In this document: in pieces, positions 13,814 through 27,919 of the stretch
Layout of the letters: every line of letters starts with the position of its first letter
Numbering within the stretch: the first letter of the stretch is position 1
From: the human T2T-CHM13v2.0 reference genome, Homo sapiens
NCBI RefSeq assembly: GCF_009914755.1
Contig: NC_060926.1
Strand: one strand, 5' to 3'
DNA length: 64,000 nucleotides
Translations under genes and position numbers: made by a program
The notes under the pieces: generated by a model
What the model saw: the letters and a program-made list of their open reading frames with translations, nothing else
Databases searched by the model: none
Told to the model about the DNA's origin: nothing

Positions 13814-14392
13814 CCATCTAATATCAAAAGCACCACATATGCTTACAATAAAGGAGAAGGCACTCTCATTAATGGCCTGTGCTGGAATTATCACCATTGT
13901 TGATGTCCACCTCACTCATACCAAAACTGGCATACTCAGTGTTTTCTGCAGAAGAACATTTCCTGTACATCAAACCGCAGGCACAATGTCATTCATATCT
14001 CAAGGATTCAACCTCTCCAGGAGATCAAGCATGACCCATGGGGTCCGGACCAGAGAGCAACTGAGAAGAAGACCCTTGCTTCCTTCAGTGATTTTTATCC
14101 TTGCTTTACATGGAGAGAGTAGGCAGGGGAGAAAAAGGCATATATGGCTTTGGGGCCATCTGGGTGCCTTGGAGAATATGGTTCAATTCCCTCTTTTCCT
14201 CTTCCAATAGTCTAATATATTGTGTAGCAATATCACATAAAGGTGCAGAAGGAGGAGGCCAAATGTAAGTGTGGGTATTTGGAAGGAATCTTTGGTGATT
14301 CTGAAATAACTTCCATTGAGGACCACTCTTCCTCACAATCATTCCTTTGATCCATTCCATGCAGTTCTGTTCTAGGCTTGGCTCATGGTCCT

Positions 14393-15017
14393 TGCTGTGG
14401 TCTCAGTGTTTGTGTGCCTTCACGATTCATCTTGAGACTTAATACCCAATGTGGTGCTATTAGGAGGCGGGGCTTTTAGAAGGTGATTAGGTCATTGAGG
14501 CTCCATCGTCGTAAATGAAACTAGTGTCCTTATAGTTGAGGCCTGCAAAAGCCCTTTTGCTTTTTCTCCATGTGAGGACACATAGAAGGCACCATCTGTG
14601 AGGAACAGGCCCTCACCAGACAATGGATCTGCCAGCACCTTGATCTTGGACTTTCTGGCCTCCAGAACTGTGAGCAACAAACTTTAGTTTTTTATAAATT
14701 GCCCAAAGTTTTTTTCCCCCCAGGCTTTTAAGTTCAGGAGTACATGTGCAGAATGTGCAGATTTGTTACTTAGGTAAAAGTGTGCCATGGTGGTTTGCTG
14801 CACAGATTAGATCATTCCATAACCCAGGTATTAAGCCCAGCATCCCTTAACTATTCTTCCTGATGCTCTCCCCCCCCCACCCCTGCACCCTCCAACAGGG
14901 CCCAATGTGTGTTGTTTCCCCCAGTGTGTCTACGTGTTCTCATCATTCAGCTCCCACTTATAAGTGAGAACATGTAGTACTGTTATTTTGTTATAGCAGC
15001 CCAAATGGCTTAAAACA
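14393..15017 (+). mobile_element. MSTD/MLT1A-type solo LTR interrupted by L1PA
   Basis: tgctgtggtct start; ccttgatcttggactt...cctccagaactgtgag; resumes tattttgttatagcagcccaaa after the L1. Confidence 0.85.
14708..14980 (-). mobile_element. L1PA (about PA10-PA13) 3' end
   Basis: ttttaagttcaggagtacatgtgcag, ccaggtattaagcccagcatcc, cagctcccacttataagtgagaacatg. Confidence 0.85.
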
Positions 15018-15181
15018 TATGTATAGGTTCAACCTCTTCTTTTTTTCCTTTTAGGAAGTTTTCTTTCACTCTCTTTTCTATACAGAGATGCACCATTTTC
15101 CAGACATAGACAGACATACCTACATTTAATCATAGGGTTTCTTCCATCTTTTGTGGTTAAGTTTCTCCTTTATTCCACAAA

Positions 15182-15344
15182 TATTTTCTGAGCAAGTTGC
15201 TTCACCCTGTAGTTCTGAAAATATCCTCAATGTGACCTTCACCCTGGTGAAACAACTTGCTCAGAAAATAGTCCAATAGCAATTTGGATTATTTATCTAT
15301 GGATTAATCAAATAGTCCAACGGCAATATGGACTATTTACCTAT
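15182..15344. repeat. Cluster of inverted and direct repeats
   Basis: 25-bp inverted repeat 15182-15206/15246-15270 (1 mismatch); two tandem hairpin units at 15266 and 15310. Confidence 0.9.
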
Positions 15345-16929
15345 TAGAATATGAACTCTCCACATTCCATAGTTAATTATGTCCTATGGTGGTTGGTTTG
15401 TTCACAATCCTTATGAAATATGTTTGCCAAAGAAAGGAATAGATGTAAATTATACATCTCCATATCTCCACTTTTCCATATCCACATACCCATATCTCCA
15501 CTACAGTCATATCTCCACTTTGCAGCATATGGAGCGTCAGAAAAACTAAATAGCTCCCCCAAGACACCAAGCTAGGAAATTTATATTCTTTTTGTAAACC
15601 ACACCTGATGCAGAAATTGCTGCTTCTTATGTCATGTCACCCTACAAGGTCACAATGTGGATATTTTCAAAACTACAGGCTTTTTGTTGTCTCTCAGAGA
15701 ATTGCAAAGCCTGTTAAGTTTCATAAAAGTTGATTCAAGTTAGAAGGTGATAGCATCGAATAATGAGTTACATTCATATTTCAAGCGAAAGCATTAAACA
15801 ATTTCGCAACTCCACTTAAAGCATTTATTGTCTGATATCTTAGAACCAATTCCAAGGGGAGCAATGGATTTGGGTCTGGATGCTGTAGAATGTGGTCAGT
15901 ATTTAAGTTATTCTGTGGAGGATAACTAGGATATTGAGTGTAACAGTAGTGAGTTCTTTGATGGTGGATTTAGTCAAGGCTAGGCTAGGTGATGTTATGG
16001 CCCAGTGGCCGGGCAGATAGTTAGACAGTGCCTAACTCATTATGGATATTCAATATTTGTTGAATAAATAAATGAATGAATGAATTATCATGTGGGGCAT
16101 TAAAATTCATTGGCTTTAAACTGCCTCTTAACCCTGAGAGACTGAGCCTATGATTCTCTTGTTCTATATCTAGCCCTATGCAAAAGCAGTATTATTCTGT
16201 CTAAAATTTGTGTGTTGTGTGAAATCCTTCATTGCTAGCTATGCCATAGACCCATATTCTGACATTCTGAAAGAGGAAATTCTCTCTGAATGTTCAATGC
16301 TGATACGTATTGGCTGGCTGGCATCATTCACGCCATCTGTTAGAGTGGCATTATGCCTAATTGCAAGGTGGCCTGACAGTTTTAAGGGACTCTGCATGCC
16401 AATCACATTGGAGTTTAGCTAGCTAACCTGCAGAACCCAGAGCATAACAATCTGAAAAAAGTTTCCCTGCTGGTAAAATGCAACTTCAAGTGAAAAGATC
16501 ATGCCTCATTAAAAATAGCCATATTTTTGACAGTGGTAGGTATCCTTCATATAGCCTCTATTCAGTTTACCTTTCTCTAAATGACCACTGCTATGGTGAT
16601 CTCATGCCACAGAGAAAAAAATAATGGACAAAGGCCACATCTTGTCCAGCCAGAAGCACTGATGCTTTACAAATACTCAAAATGTCTTAAACTCTCCTGC
16701 TTGGAAACAAATGTACCAAGCTGCCTGAATTTTACAGCATTGTCTTCCTATAATAAGCAAACATCTGTTACCCTAAAATTCAGTTTATCTTTTGGAAAAG
16801 ATGCAGTAGGAGACTTGATATGAGTGAATTTGCTTACCTCCTGGAATTGTCATGGAAAAGACCCAACATAAGCATTAAAATATGTAGATTGCAAAACAGG
16901 AAATTAAACTGCTTTCCTAACTTTGAAAA

Positions 16930-17075
16930 TCTGAAAGAGTATGTTTAGGTTTAGAGCTGCTGGTTACAGATGAGAAAGTAGGCTCTGAGATGTTGAAAAA
17001 TGATTCAAGATCAAATAGATAGCTAAAGCGAGCCAAGATTAAAACCCAGGGCTCTTAACTCCTAGAACACACTTC
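16930..17075 (-). mobile_element. MIR SINE
   Basis: ttacagatgagaaagtaggctctgaga...gagccaagattaaaacccagg. Confidence 0.65.
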
Positions 17076-19028
17076 TTCTAATACACAATTGTAATGATGT
17101 TGATTTTTTTTTTAGTAAAAAAGTAATTATTGCCTTTAAAGAAGCATAGACTCACCAAAGCATGTTTTTTCCCTTTTATGTTTCTGTTACTTCAATCGCC
17201 AGTTTTTTTTTTTTTTTGCATAATAAAACCCAATTGGCCATGCACACAAATGTATTTCATCAGTAAAATGACTGCATAAAATATTTTGAAGATTTGGTAT
17301 TCTTCATTTTATAACCAAAGCCTTCGAACAAAATTACTAAGAAGACTGCATCTTTTATTTTTATTAAGTAATCATTATTTTGAGCCAAGCTGTCATCATA
17401 TTTCCTGTGGACAGATGCTTTTGTGTTCCTGTATATTCCATAATATAGTGCTGAATACATAGCAGGAACTCAATATTCTGGACTGAATATAGATTCGTGA
17501 AACACGGAAGAGTAGGGAAGATAGAAATGGAAGGCAAAGAGAAGGAACAGGGTCAATAGACGTAGATATGAATGATATCTCTTTTTTAAATAAAGCCCAA
17601 TTCTAGAGGGCAATATTCCTCACATACTATTACAGCATTCTCTACTTAAATATATTTGCGTGCCTTCATGGCTATCTGTGACTGACACATTGCACGAGCT
17701 GAACTTGACAGGCAAGTTAAGAAAGTTTATCTTTCTCTCATCACCATCTTCAAACCCAATTCATTGTTTTTTATTTCTTTCTGATATCCCTGAATGGGTA
17801 GTTTCAGTAGCTTTTTGATCATGTTCAGGCATTAAAATGAACTCATTTTCAGTTACTAAAAATTCCAGGCTAGTATAAATAAATACTTTTGTCTCACATA
17901 TTTGTTTGAAATGATCCATAATCACACGGTTTATGTCTGACTCAGTCTCTGCAGCCTTCAGAGGAAAGCAGGGGTAACGTGCTCTTAGGTTTCATCTTAC
18001 ATTACGTCTTCTGGGTATTACCTATAATTCCTCTAAAGAGGTGCTGCAAGGGCAATGTCCTATGTGGTTAGTGACCTCTGTGCGGTTCCAAAATGCTGGC
18101 TGGCTCACCTTGGAGCACTCGTTGTGGGTTTATTTAAGGTATAACTGATCCTCTGTCTTCTTCCTGTCCTCCTGTCATTGAATAATGCATTTGTTCCTGG
18201 TATGGGTGATCCACCATCTTTGGTTCAGCTGGTTTCCTGGGAGTCTCCCCTTGCCAACAAGAACTACCAGGCATTCTCACTGTTCTAACAATGCACGCAC
18301 CTCCCAGTGGAATAGAGACATCTTTGAAGGGAAATGCATACCCTCCCACAGCCTCCCAATGAAATACAGCCACCCAGGAACAATGCAAACACATCTCTAC
18401 GACAACGCAGGCACCCACGCCCCTACCCCAAGTGAAATCCAGGAACCTCCTGAGAGTTCTTCATGCTCCACCTCAGAAGAAAGCAGGTGTCTGCATGAGT
18501 TAGCTCCCGAATGTGCTGGCAGCTTATTTCCATGAGGGAGTGGGGGAATGAATCAGCTTCCAATTTCTTTTCTCGATAGACACCTGCCCTTTCCCTGTGG
18601 CACCGAGACCATCTCCATCACTTGTGCTAATGTAGTCTTCATTCCTAGGCACTCCACACCCTGCCTTCCCCTATTTCTAGCTTTGATCAATTTCTACTCT
18701 CCTCTTTTTTGAAGTTCAAAGACGGGTGATAGATCAAGGATCTTAGAACAAGCTTTGATGACTTCTTAGCAACTGCTACAGAGAATGAGTCTAGCTACAC
18801 TTTAAAAAAACTGAGGTAATTGTCATCTGGGTATTTGGTTTCATGGCCATAGTAAAAGCTCTAAAGATTGGCACAATTATTGGATAATCAGTTACACTTC
18901 TTTATGTCAAAACTTGGTCTGAAAAGATTCTGAAATGGTTCCTTAGAAAGAAAATGTACAATTACTAGTGCATTATATGCAGTTGGATAGTTTTGTTAGG
19001 AATTCACTCATTCCACATGCTTAGTATT

Positions 19029-19269
19029 TTTCTTTTTTTTTAATACTTTAAGTTCTCGGGTACATGTGAACAACGTGCAGGTTTGTTACACAGGTATACA
19101 TATGCCATGTTGGTTTGCTGCACCCATTAACTCATCATTTACTTTACGTATCTCTCCTAATGCTATCCCTCCCCCTGCTCCCCCACCCCACGACAGGCCC
19201 CGGGGTGTGATGTTCCCCGCCCTGTGTCCAAGTGTTTACATTGTTCAATTCCCACCTATGAGTGAGAAC
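19029..19269 (-). mobile_element. 5'-truncated L1PA (about PA5-PA7) 3' end with TSD
   Basis: tactttaagttctcgggtacatgtg...cccacctatgagtgagaac; TSD cacatgcttagtatt (19014-19028) / cacacgcttagtatt (19270-19284). Confidence 0.93.
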
Positions 19270-20675
19270 CACACGCTTAGTATTCCGTATTACAAAATGA
19301 TTCAAGGTACATCTAGTTATAAATGTCTTTTCCACTAGACAAAGAATGCGCAATAATAAATTTGTAAAATGTTTCTTTGATAAAATGCAGCATTGTCTTA
19401 TTAAAGTTCCTGGGAAAGCAATGCGTCGGTGTCTTGACGAATAACAGAGGCCGGTGGTGCTGCAGAAAGTGAAAAGCAGTCAATGCAAATTGAAGGCCTT
19501 GCAGTTCACTTAACTTTTAGCATGTGTAAGTAGCCGTAACATCTAGAGAGCTTTACTTTTCTGATCTAGAAAAGAATGAAGATTAAATGCATCTCAAAGA
19601 GTTGTTTTAGGGTTTTTACAATGTATCAAGTAAAATCTTCTGACTGCCCCATAGCAAAAAAAATTGTAACCTATAAAAGCATCACATGTTATTAATTAAA
19701 ATCGGATTCTTATGTAAGTAAACACACATTTCAAAAAAGACATATCTTTTATATGCGACTTATAAAACCAGGGTGAATTTCATCTCCCCATATTATATAG
19801 ATGAGAAAAGTTAACCCAACTATGCTTTTGCAAAACAGGTAAGAACATTTCTTTGAAGACAAGTCATAGGCCCACAGTTTTTATCTTATATCATGACTGG
19901 TGAATAAAACTACTTTGCAAAGCCAAAATGTTCTGTGATTGCTGTCTGGGTCAATTATAGTCATTTGGCCAGTGCCTCTGCTTCTTGCAGGGAGGCCACG
20001 TCAATAAGCCAAGCCCTCCAAGGCTCCATGTGGCTGCAATTAAGGCTCACCCCGCCCCTTGGGTTTTCAGAAGCTAGGCATATTGTGGAGAGTAGAGAGA
20101 GAAAACAGGGAAAGAAATTACCAGCATTCCAGGAAATACGCCTGCTGTGCTGCAGCCTTCTTCACTTCGGTGATGACTTTTATTATGTTCTATTGATTTT
20201 CATGTTATTTCCCATTTTTGAGCAGAATGGCTTGAAGCAATAGCAGCAATAAAGCAATGTTTCTGTCAGTCATCTTTGTCTTTCTCACCCACACACATGT
20301 TATCTCCATCACATACACATAAACACACATAATTCTTCTAAGGGTTGTATTTCCAAATATAGAAAATAAGACTAAGATTTCTAGAACAATCATAGGAGCA
20401 TGCCTAGAAGGCTTTAACGTTGAGCACGATGCCTAGAATACATGTGAGAAGGAATGTTGAGTGCGTTGACCTGCACATATCCTCAGAGTGAGGGTGACTG
20501 GCATGGTTCTGATGCCTTTGGTTTTTAGTCTAAAAACACCATTAGAGTCTCACTAAAGTTGCTGCTCCTTGCTAGACTGTGTGACTGTGCTGAAGAGTGT
20601 ATGCAGAGCAACACTGAAGAGAAAAACAGGGTGGGATGAGCATAAAACCAGGACGGCTTTAAGCAAGCAATTTGT

Positions 20676-21216
20676 GATTGGCAGAAGGATAAGATGTCCA
20701 CTCAGACAATCAGCCCTATGTGTACGCACCAGGTACAATCTCTGGGACTGCAAATGGGATGGAATATCATTCCCATGAAGAAGGCAGGTTATTATAGCAC
20801 AGCCAGCTTATAAAAGGGAGATCGCCCTGGACAGCACTGACCTAATCAAAAGAGACAAGGTTCATCCTGAATAAAGAGTTCTGAAGTGTGCGAGAGCATT
20901 TTCTCAAGGAAGATTTTGCCCATTGCTGGCGTTGAAATGAAGAGGACCAAGTGGCAGGGAATGTGGGTGGCCCTTGGGAGCTGAGAGTGGCCTCTGGTTG
21001 ACAGCAAGGAAAGACACAGTGACCACAGTGCTATTCCTTTCTAAGCAACTGAATTTTGCCAACTACAAAATCTAGCACAGAAGAGGATCCCAAGTTTCAG
21101 AGGAGAGCGCAGCCTGACACCACCTTGAATTTTGCCTTATGAGACCCTAAGCAGAGAACCCAGCCATATCATGGCTGTACTTACAGAATCGTAAGCCAAT
21201 AAAAGGCTATGTTTTT
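20676..21216 (+). mobile_element. MLT1D/E-type LTR
   Basis: ggaatgtgggtggcc...ggagctgagagtggcc, gagaccctaagcagagaacccagc, ccaataaaag. Confidence 0.8.
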
Positions 21217-22602
21217 GTAATGCCAATAATTTACATTAACTTATGAATTACGTCCCCTAAAATTTATTGTTGTGATGATCAAAATTCAATATTTTTATTA
21301 TAGTATTCACAAAGTAGTCCACTATTTAATTTCAAAACATTTTCATCACCCCCCAGAGAAACCTCATACTCACAAGCAATTGTTCCCCATCCTCCCTCCA
21401 CCAAACCCCAGACAACCTCTAACATACTTTCTGTTTTGATTCCATTTATACATTATAAAATATAAATGGAATCAAAACAGAAAATGGCATCATATAATAT
21501 GTGACCATTTTGTTTTTGATCCTTTCACTTGGCATAACGTTTTCAAAGTTAGTTGTGTTGTAGCATGTACATTACTCCATTCCTTTCCAAGGCTAAATAA
21601 AAAAGTTTTCATTTTATGAATATACTGCATTTTATTTACCTATTCACCAGTTGATTCACATTTGGATTGTTTCTCTTTTTTTGGCTATTAGGAATAATGC
21701 TCTTATGAATATCTTTGTGTAAGTGTTTGTATGAACATATGTTTTCAGTTCTCTTGGAGTTCCACTAAGAGTAGAATACTGAGTAGTATGATAACTCTGT
21801 TTAATATTTTGAGGAAGTGATAACATATTTTCCCAAATAAATATCATTCTGCTTTCATATTAGCAATATTTGAGGGTCCCAACTTCTTCACCTTTACGCC
21901 ATAGCTGTTGTCTGTTTTTCTGTGAAAACATGTGTATTGAGATCCTTTTTTTATTAAAAAATAGACTGTCATTTTATTGTTCAGTTGTAAGAATTTATTT
22001 GTATATATATATGTACACATATATATTCACAAATTATATATATATATTGTTCTGGATACAATCTCATATCATATGCATAATTTACAAATATTTTTCTCAC
22101 ATTCTGTGAATTGTTTTTTCACTTTTTGAAGTTGTATTTTGAAGCACAGAAGTTTTTCATTTTGATAAAGTCAAATGTATCTGTATTTTGTTTAGTCACT
22201 TGACCTTTTGCTATTATATTTAAGTGACTATTACCTAAATCAAGATCACCAAGTTTTACTCTTATGTTTCCTGCTGTGAGTTTTACAGTTTCAGTTCTAT
22301 AGTTAAGTCTGTGATCAGCTTGGAGTTAATTTTTCTATATGGTGTGAAATAGACATGTGGGTATTCAGTTTTCTAGCATCGTTTCCTAACAGGACTGTTT
22401 TTTTCCCACTGAGTTTTTCTGATGCCTTGTTAAAAACGAATTCATCATAAATAGATGGATTCTCAATTCCATTCTATTGATATTGTTTGTTTATCCTCAT
22501 ATCAGGACCACATTGTTTAAGCTTTTGGAAATGTGAGTTCTTTCACTTTATTCTCTAAAACACTGGCTATACTGGGTCTTTTGCATATTCATATGAATCC
22601 TA

Positions 22603-23052
<450 letters not shown>

Positions 23053-23975
23053 TTAGGTCTTCTTTAATTCAGGCATTTATTTTGGTAGTCTTCAGTGTAT
23101 AAAACTTGTACTTTAGTAATTTTTATGTTAATAATTTTATTTTTTGATGCCATTGTAAATAAAATAATTTTAACTTCATATTTCAACTGTTAATTGTTAA
23201 CGTATAGAACTATAATTTATTGCTGTGTATTTGTCATATATTTTGCAGCCTTGAATTCACTTATTTGTTATAATAATTTTTCAGCTTCTTTAGGAATTTT
23301 TATATTAAAGATTATACCATTTGCACAAAAGGTTTTTTCTTTTTTTCTTTTTCAGTATGTATGACTTTTATTTCCTTTTCTTGCTAATTGTCCAAGCTGG
23401 AACCTCCAGTAAAATATTTAATATACGTGGCGATAGTGGAAATCTTGTCTTGTTTCTAATTTAGGAGAAAATCTGTCAGTCTTTTGCCATAAAGTTGGAT
23501 ATTAACTTAGTTTTTTAAAAGATATTCTTTATCATGTTGAGAAAGTTTTCTTCAATTTCTTGTGAATGTTTTTCTGGTGAAAATGAGTAATATTGTCACT
23601 TTTTTCTGCATCAGTTGAGATTATCATGTGATATTTTTCCTTTATTCTACGAATATAGTGCATTATTACATTGATTAACTTTGGTATGTTGAGCCAATCT
23701 TGCACTCCTGTGTTAAATACCAGTTAGTCATGGTATATAATCCTTTACGTATTTTACTAGATTTGGTTTGATGGTATTTCGCTGTAGATTGTTGCATCTC
23801 ATCTACACTTTTTAGGAATTTTGGCCTGTAATTTTCTTTTATTGTGATGTCTTTGTCTAATCTTGGTATCAGGGTAATACTGGCCTCATAGAATACGAGA
23901 AGTGTTTCCTCCTTTTTTACTTTTTGAAATAGTTTGTGAAGGGTTGGCGTTAATTCTTCTTTAAATATTTGTTGG

Positions 23976-24126
23976 AAAAATACAAAAATTAGCCAAGCAT
24001 GGTGGCAGGTGCCTGTAATCCCAGCTACTCAGGAGGCTGAGGCAGAATTATTTTAACCCAGAAGGAGGAGGTTGCAGTGAGCTGAGATCGTGCCACTGGA
24101 CTCCAGCCTGGGCAACAGAGCAAGAT

Positions 24127-24132
<6 letters not shown>
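23976..24132 (+). mobile_element. 5'-truncated AluS (right monomer)
   Basis: aaaaatacaaaaattagcc...gagcaagattctgtctc; flanked, with its tail, by atatttgttggaaaa (23965) / atatttggtggaaaa (24364). Confidence 0.9.
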
Positions 24133-24204
<72 letters not shown>

Positions 24205-24312
24205 TACACACACATATATGTATATATACATATATATGTATATATACACACATATATATACATACACACACATATATATGTATATATATACACACACACA
24301 CACACACATATA

Positions 24313-24352
<40 letters not shown>

Positions 24353-24366
24353 CACATATATATATA
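24131..24366. repeat. Compound microsatellite (TC)n(TA)n(CA)n plus mixed TA/CA/TG
   Basis: Read directly. Confidence 0.97.
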
Positions 24367-24904
24367 TTTGGTGGAAAACACTCATAAAGCCAGCCAGTCC
24401 TGGTTTTTCTTTGTGGGGAATTTTTTTTGCTTTGTTTTGTTTTTTAATTACAGATTTGATCTCTTTACTTTTACAGAACTGCAGGTTTTCTCTCTTTTCT
24501 TGCTCAGTCTAGTTTATCAATTCTGTTCATCTTTTCAAAATACCAACTTTTGGTTTTGTTACATTGTCTATTGTTTTTCTAATATTTAGTTCATTTCTTT
24601 TTCTAGTTTTTTAAGGAGAGTATTTAGATATTTATTAGCGTTCTCCTTCACTTTAAACATAGGCATTAACATGTACATTTTTTTCTCTCAGTTCTACTAT
24701 AGCTGTATCCCAGAAGTGTTTTTATGTTCTGTTTCTGTCTTCATTCATCTTAAAGTGCATCCTAATTTCATTTGTAGTTCTTTCTGTGAACCATTTTATT
24801 TTTATGTCTTCTTTGCTCCACTATCCTGACTTATTTTATGTTAAGTACGTATTTTCTTGTATAACACTTTAATTTTCTTGTTTTGTCTTCTATTATATTT
24901 TTGA

Positions 24905-25030
24905 GTTTCTTTCTTTCTTTCTTTCTTTCTGTCTGTCTCTTTCTTTCTTTCTTTTTCCTTTCTTTTTCTTTCTTTTTCTTTCTTTCTTTCTTTCTTTCCT
25001 CTCTCTCTCTTTTTCTTTCTTTTTCTTTTT
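24905..25030. repeat. (TTTC)n/CT-rich tract, expanded Alu tail
   Basis: ~125-bp nearly pure pyrimidine tract abutting an antisense Alu 3' end. Confidence 0.95.
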
Positions 25031-25300
25031 TGAGATATCATCTCACTTTCTTGCCCAGGCTGGAATGCGGACTGCAGTCTTGATCTCCTGGGCTCAAGGG
25101 ATCCTCCCACCTGATCTTCCTGAGTAGCTGGGAGTATAGGAAGGCACCACCACACCCAGCTAATTTAAATGCATTTCTTTTGTAGAGATAGTGTCTTTCT
25201 ATGTTGCCCAGGCTGGTCTTGAACTCCTGGCCTCAAATGATTTTCCTGCCTCAGCCTCCCAAAGTGTTGGGATTACAGGTGTGAGCCATTGCTCCTGGCT
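25028..25300 (-). mobile_element. AluJ SINE
   Basis: ctcctgggctcaagggatcctcccacct, ctatgttgcccaggctggtcttgaactcctggcctcaa. Confidence 0.9.
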
Positions 25301-26085
25301 GTTTTGAATTTTTTTTAGTGGTTGTCCTGGGGTTAAAATCAACATCTTAATTCATAAAATCGACTTTGGATTAATACAAAGTTGATTTCAATTGTATACA
25401 AAAACTTTGCTCCTGTGATGCTCCATCCATTTCCACCTCCTCCGGTGCACTGTTATGATCACACAAATTACATGTTTATCTATTATAAGCACATCAAACA
25501 CAGTATTATAATTACTGGTGTAGGCGGTTTCTTTTCAATCAGATAGAACAGAGTTAAGAACAAAACATGTGTTTGTACCTCTTTTATGTCTTTTATGTTT
25601 ACCTAGAAGTCACCCTTACTGATGCTCCTTCTTTCTCCTCGTGGATTCTTCTCGGATTTTCCCACTTCTGATTCCACATAGAGATATGTATCCTCTCCAT
25701 ACCTATTCTCCACACAACAGCCAGAGCAATTCTTTAAAAATTCAAACGCACGTCATACCACTCTCTCGAGTAGTGTCCCAGAGCCACGCAGCCTGGCTTC
25801 TCTGTGCAATTAGAATGAAATCCAAATAGCTGATCCTGGTCTGTAAGATACTTAAGACATTTGGCTTCCAGTTACATTTCCAACTTGACTCCCTGCCATA
25901 CTCTAGGCTGTACTGTACAGCCAACCACGGAGCATCTTTATTCTGTCTTTTCAGCATGCAAGCTCAGATCTGCGCTTGGACTGGTGCAATTGCAGTTTCA
26001 TGGTTTGGAACGTTCTTCTGCCAGACAATCACGTGACAAGCTCTGTACCTTTGTGCTCTCAGAGGGGCCTTTGTGGAACATTACT

Positions 26086-26776
26086 TGGGATGGTTAATAT
26101 TAGGTGTCAACTTGATTGGATTGAAGGATGACTAGATGGCTGGTAAAGTATTGTTTCTGGGTGTGTCTGGGAGTGTGCTGCCAGAGGAGGTTGACATCTT
26201 AGTCAGTGGACTGGGACAGAAAGACCTACCCTCAATGTGGGTGGGCACTATCCAATCGGCTGCCAGTGAAGCTGGAACAGAGCAGGTAGAAGAAGGGGGA
26301 TGAGTAGCTTGCTGAGTTTTCTGTTTATCTTTTTCCTTCCCATGCCAGACACTTGCTTTTGCCCCTCCTGCCCTTGGACATCAGACTCCAGATTCTTTGG
26401 CCTTTGGATTCTGGGACTTGCACCAGCTGCTTCCCCAGGGGCTCTCGGGACTTCAGCGGTAGACTGAAGGATGCACTGTTTGCTTCCCTGGTTCTGAGGC
26501 TTTCGGACTTGGCCTAAATTATTTCCAGCTTCTCTCTTTCCTCATCTTGCAGAAAGTCTATGGTGGGCTTTGCCTTGTAATCTTCTGAGCCAATTCTTCC
26601 TAATAAACTCTCTTTCACATATATATATTCATATATATTTCATACATATATTTCATATATATTTCATATATATTTCATACATATATTTCATATATATTTC
26701 ATATATATTTCATACATATATATTTCATATATATACATGCCCTAGTAGTTCTGTCCTTCTGGGGAACCCTAATACA
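26086..26776 (+). mobile_element. MLT2 (A/B-type) ERVL solo LTR
   Basis: gatggttaatattaggtgtcaacttgattggattgaaggatg, ccttggacatcagactccag, ctaataaactc, gaaccctaataca. Confidence 0.92.
26613..26738. repeat. AT-rich minisatellite (CATATATATTT / CATACATATATTT units) within MLT2
   Basis: Read directly. Confidence 0.93.
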
Positions 26777-27919
26777 ACCTTTAAGAACAGCCTGTCTGCC
26801 ATCTTTTACTCTTCATTCTCTTACCTTGTTTAATTTTCTTTATTTCTGTCGTCAGTATCAGAATTCTCCATAGTCATTTGTTTCTCTTTTAGATGGTAAG
26901 TTACACGAAGGCAGGAAGTTTTGTCTGCCTTCTTTGCTGCTGTTTCTCAGTTGCCCAAAATAGTGTATCATTAATAGTGGGTGCTTAATAAGTGCTTGTA
27001 GAATAAATGGTGTTAATATTGAAAGGCAATTGAGATGATATGAAAAATAAGAACATATTTTCTTCTTGTATCTTGTGCACAGCCTACATAGCATTGAGAT
27101 GTTGGATTGCTATTTATTGATTAGCTGGCTTTGTAAGTTTAATTCACAGTATATTAGGAAATATGGAGAGAAAATGTACTATTTTTAAGCTTTGTAGGGA
27201 AGTAAGGAATTAGGAACAGATAGAATTCAGAGCAGTTCTGAAGGAGTCACCATGTACAGAAACAACGGGAGAATTAGGTGCAGGCAGGACGTGTGTGTCC
27301 TTCTAGCCACCACCACCATTTATTGGAATGTGTACTTGTCACTGGAACTTTCAGTCTTATATTTTATTTTTAAATCACTTTCCATATCTCAACTTATTTG
27401 CCTTCTTGGGAAGGCAGTGGCCTGGTTCAAATAATATAACCCTAGGGAAGCATCCACATTGTAGTTGAGAAGAAATGCCAAAACTGAAGTCCACAGGTGT
27501 GGTACAGAATAGAAGCTACAGGCCTGAGTGAAGCCACAGCCCAGGGAGTTGGCAATGAGGCCCGTACTACCTGGTGCATACTTTATAAACATTTACTGAG
27601 TTAATTAGCAGACCAAGGTCAGGATGCTGAGTGATGGTACATGATTGAATATGGAGGCCATGGACAGAGTGAAGGGTCCGAGCCCAGGTCTGTGTGATCT
27701 GTCTTCAGGCTGGCTCCTGGAGGGGCCGAGCAACAGAGTTCACACATTCTGAGTGTGTTCATCTTCTACTCTCTCATATTTCCCCTTCCAGCATAATTGT
27801 AAATGCACTGTTAAAATATTTTATTACTGGCTAGTTAACCCATAAGTAAGAGATCTGCTTTTAGTCATCTCTCTACATTCAGTGCTCATTGCTGTGCTGG
27901 TCAACACAAGAAGCCGTGT

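Larger units (their letters stand above)
25645..27010 (+). mobile_element. L2 fragment split by an MLT2 LTR
   Basis: ttctccacacaacagccagag...tagaatgaaatccaaa; resumes after 26776 to gtgcttaataagtgcttgtagaataaatg. Confidence 0.7.

Noticed and set aside
24025-24589. Overlapping 61-140 aa Cys/Val/Tyr/His-rich ORFs
   Set aside because: Translation of stop-free dinucleotide microsatellite
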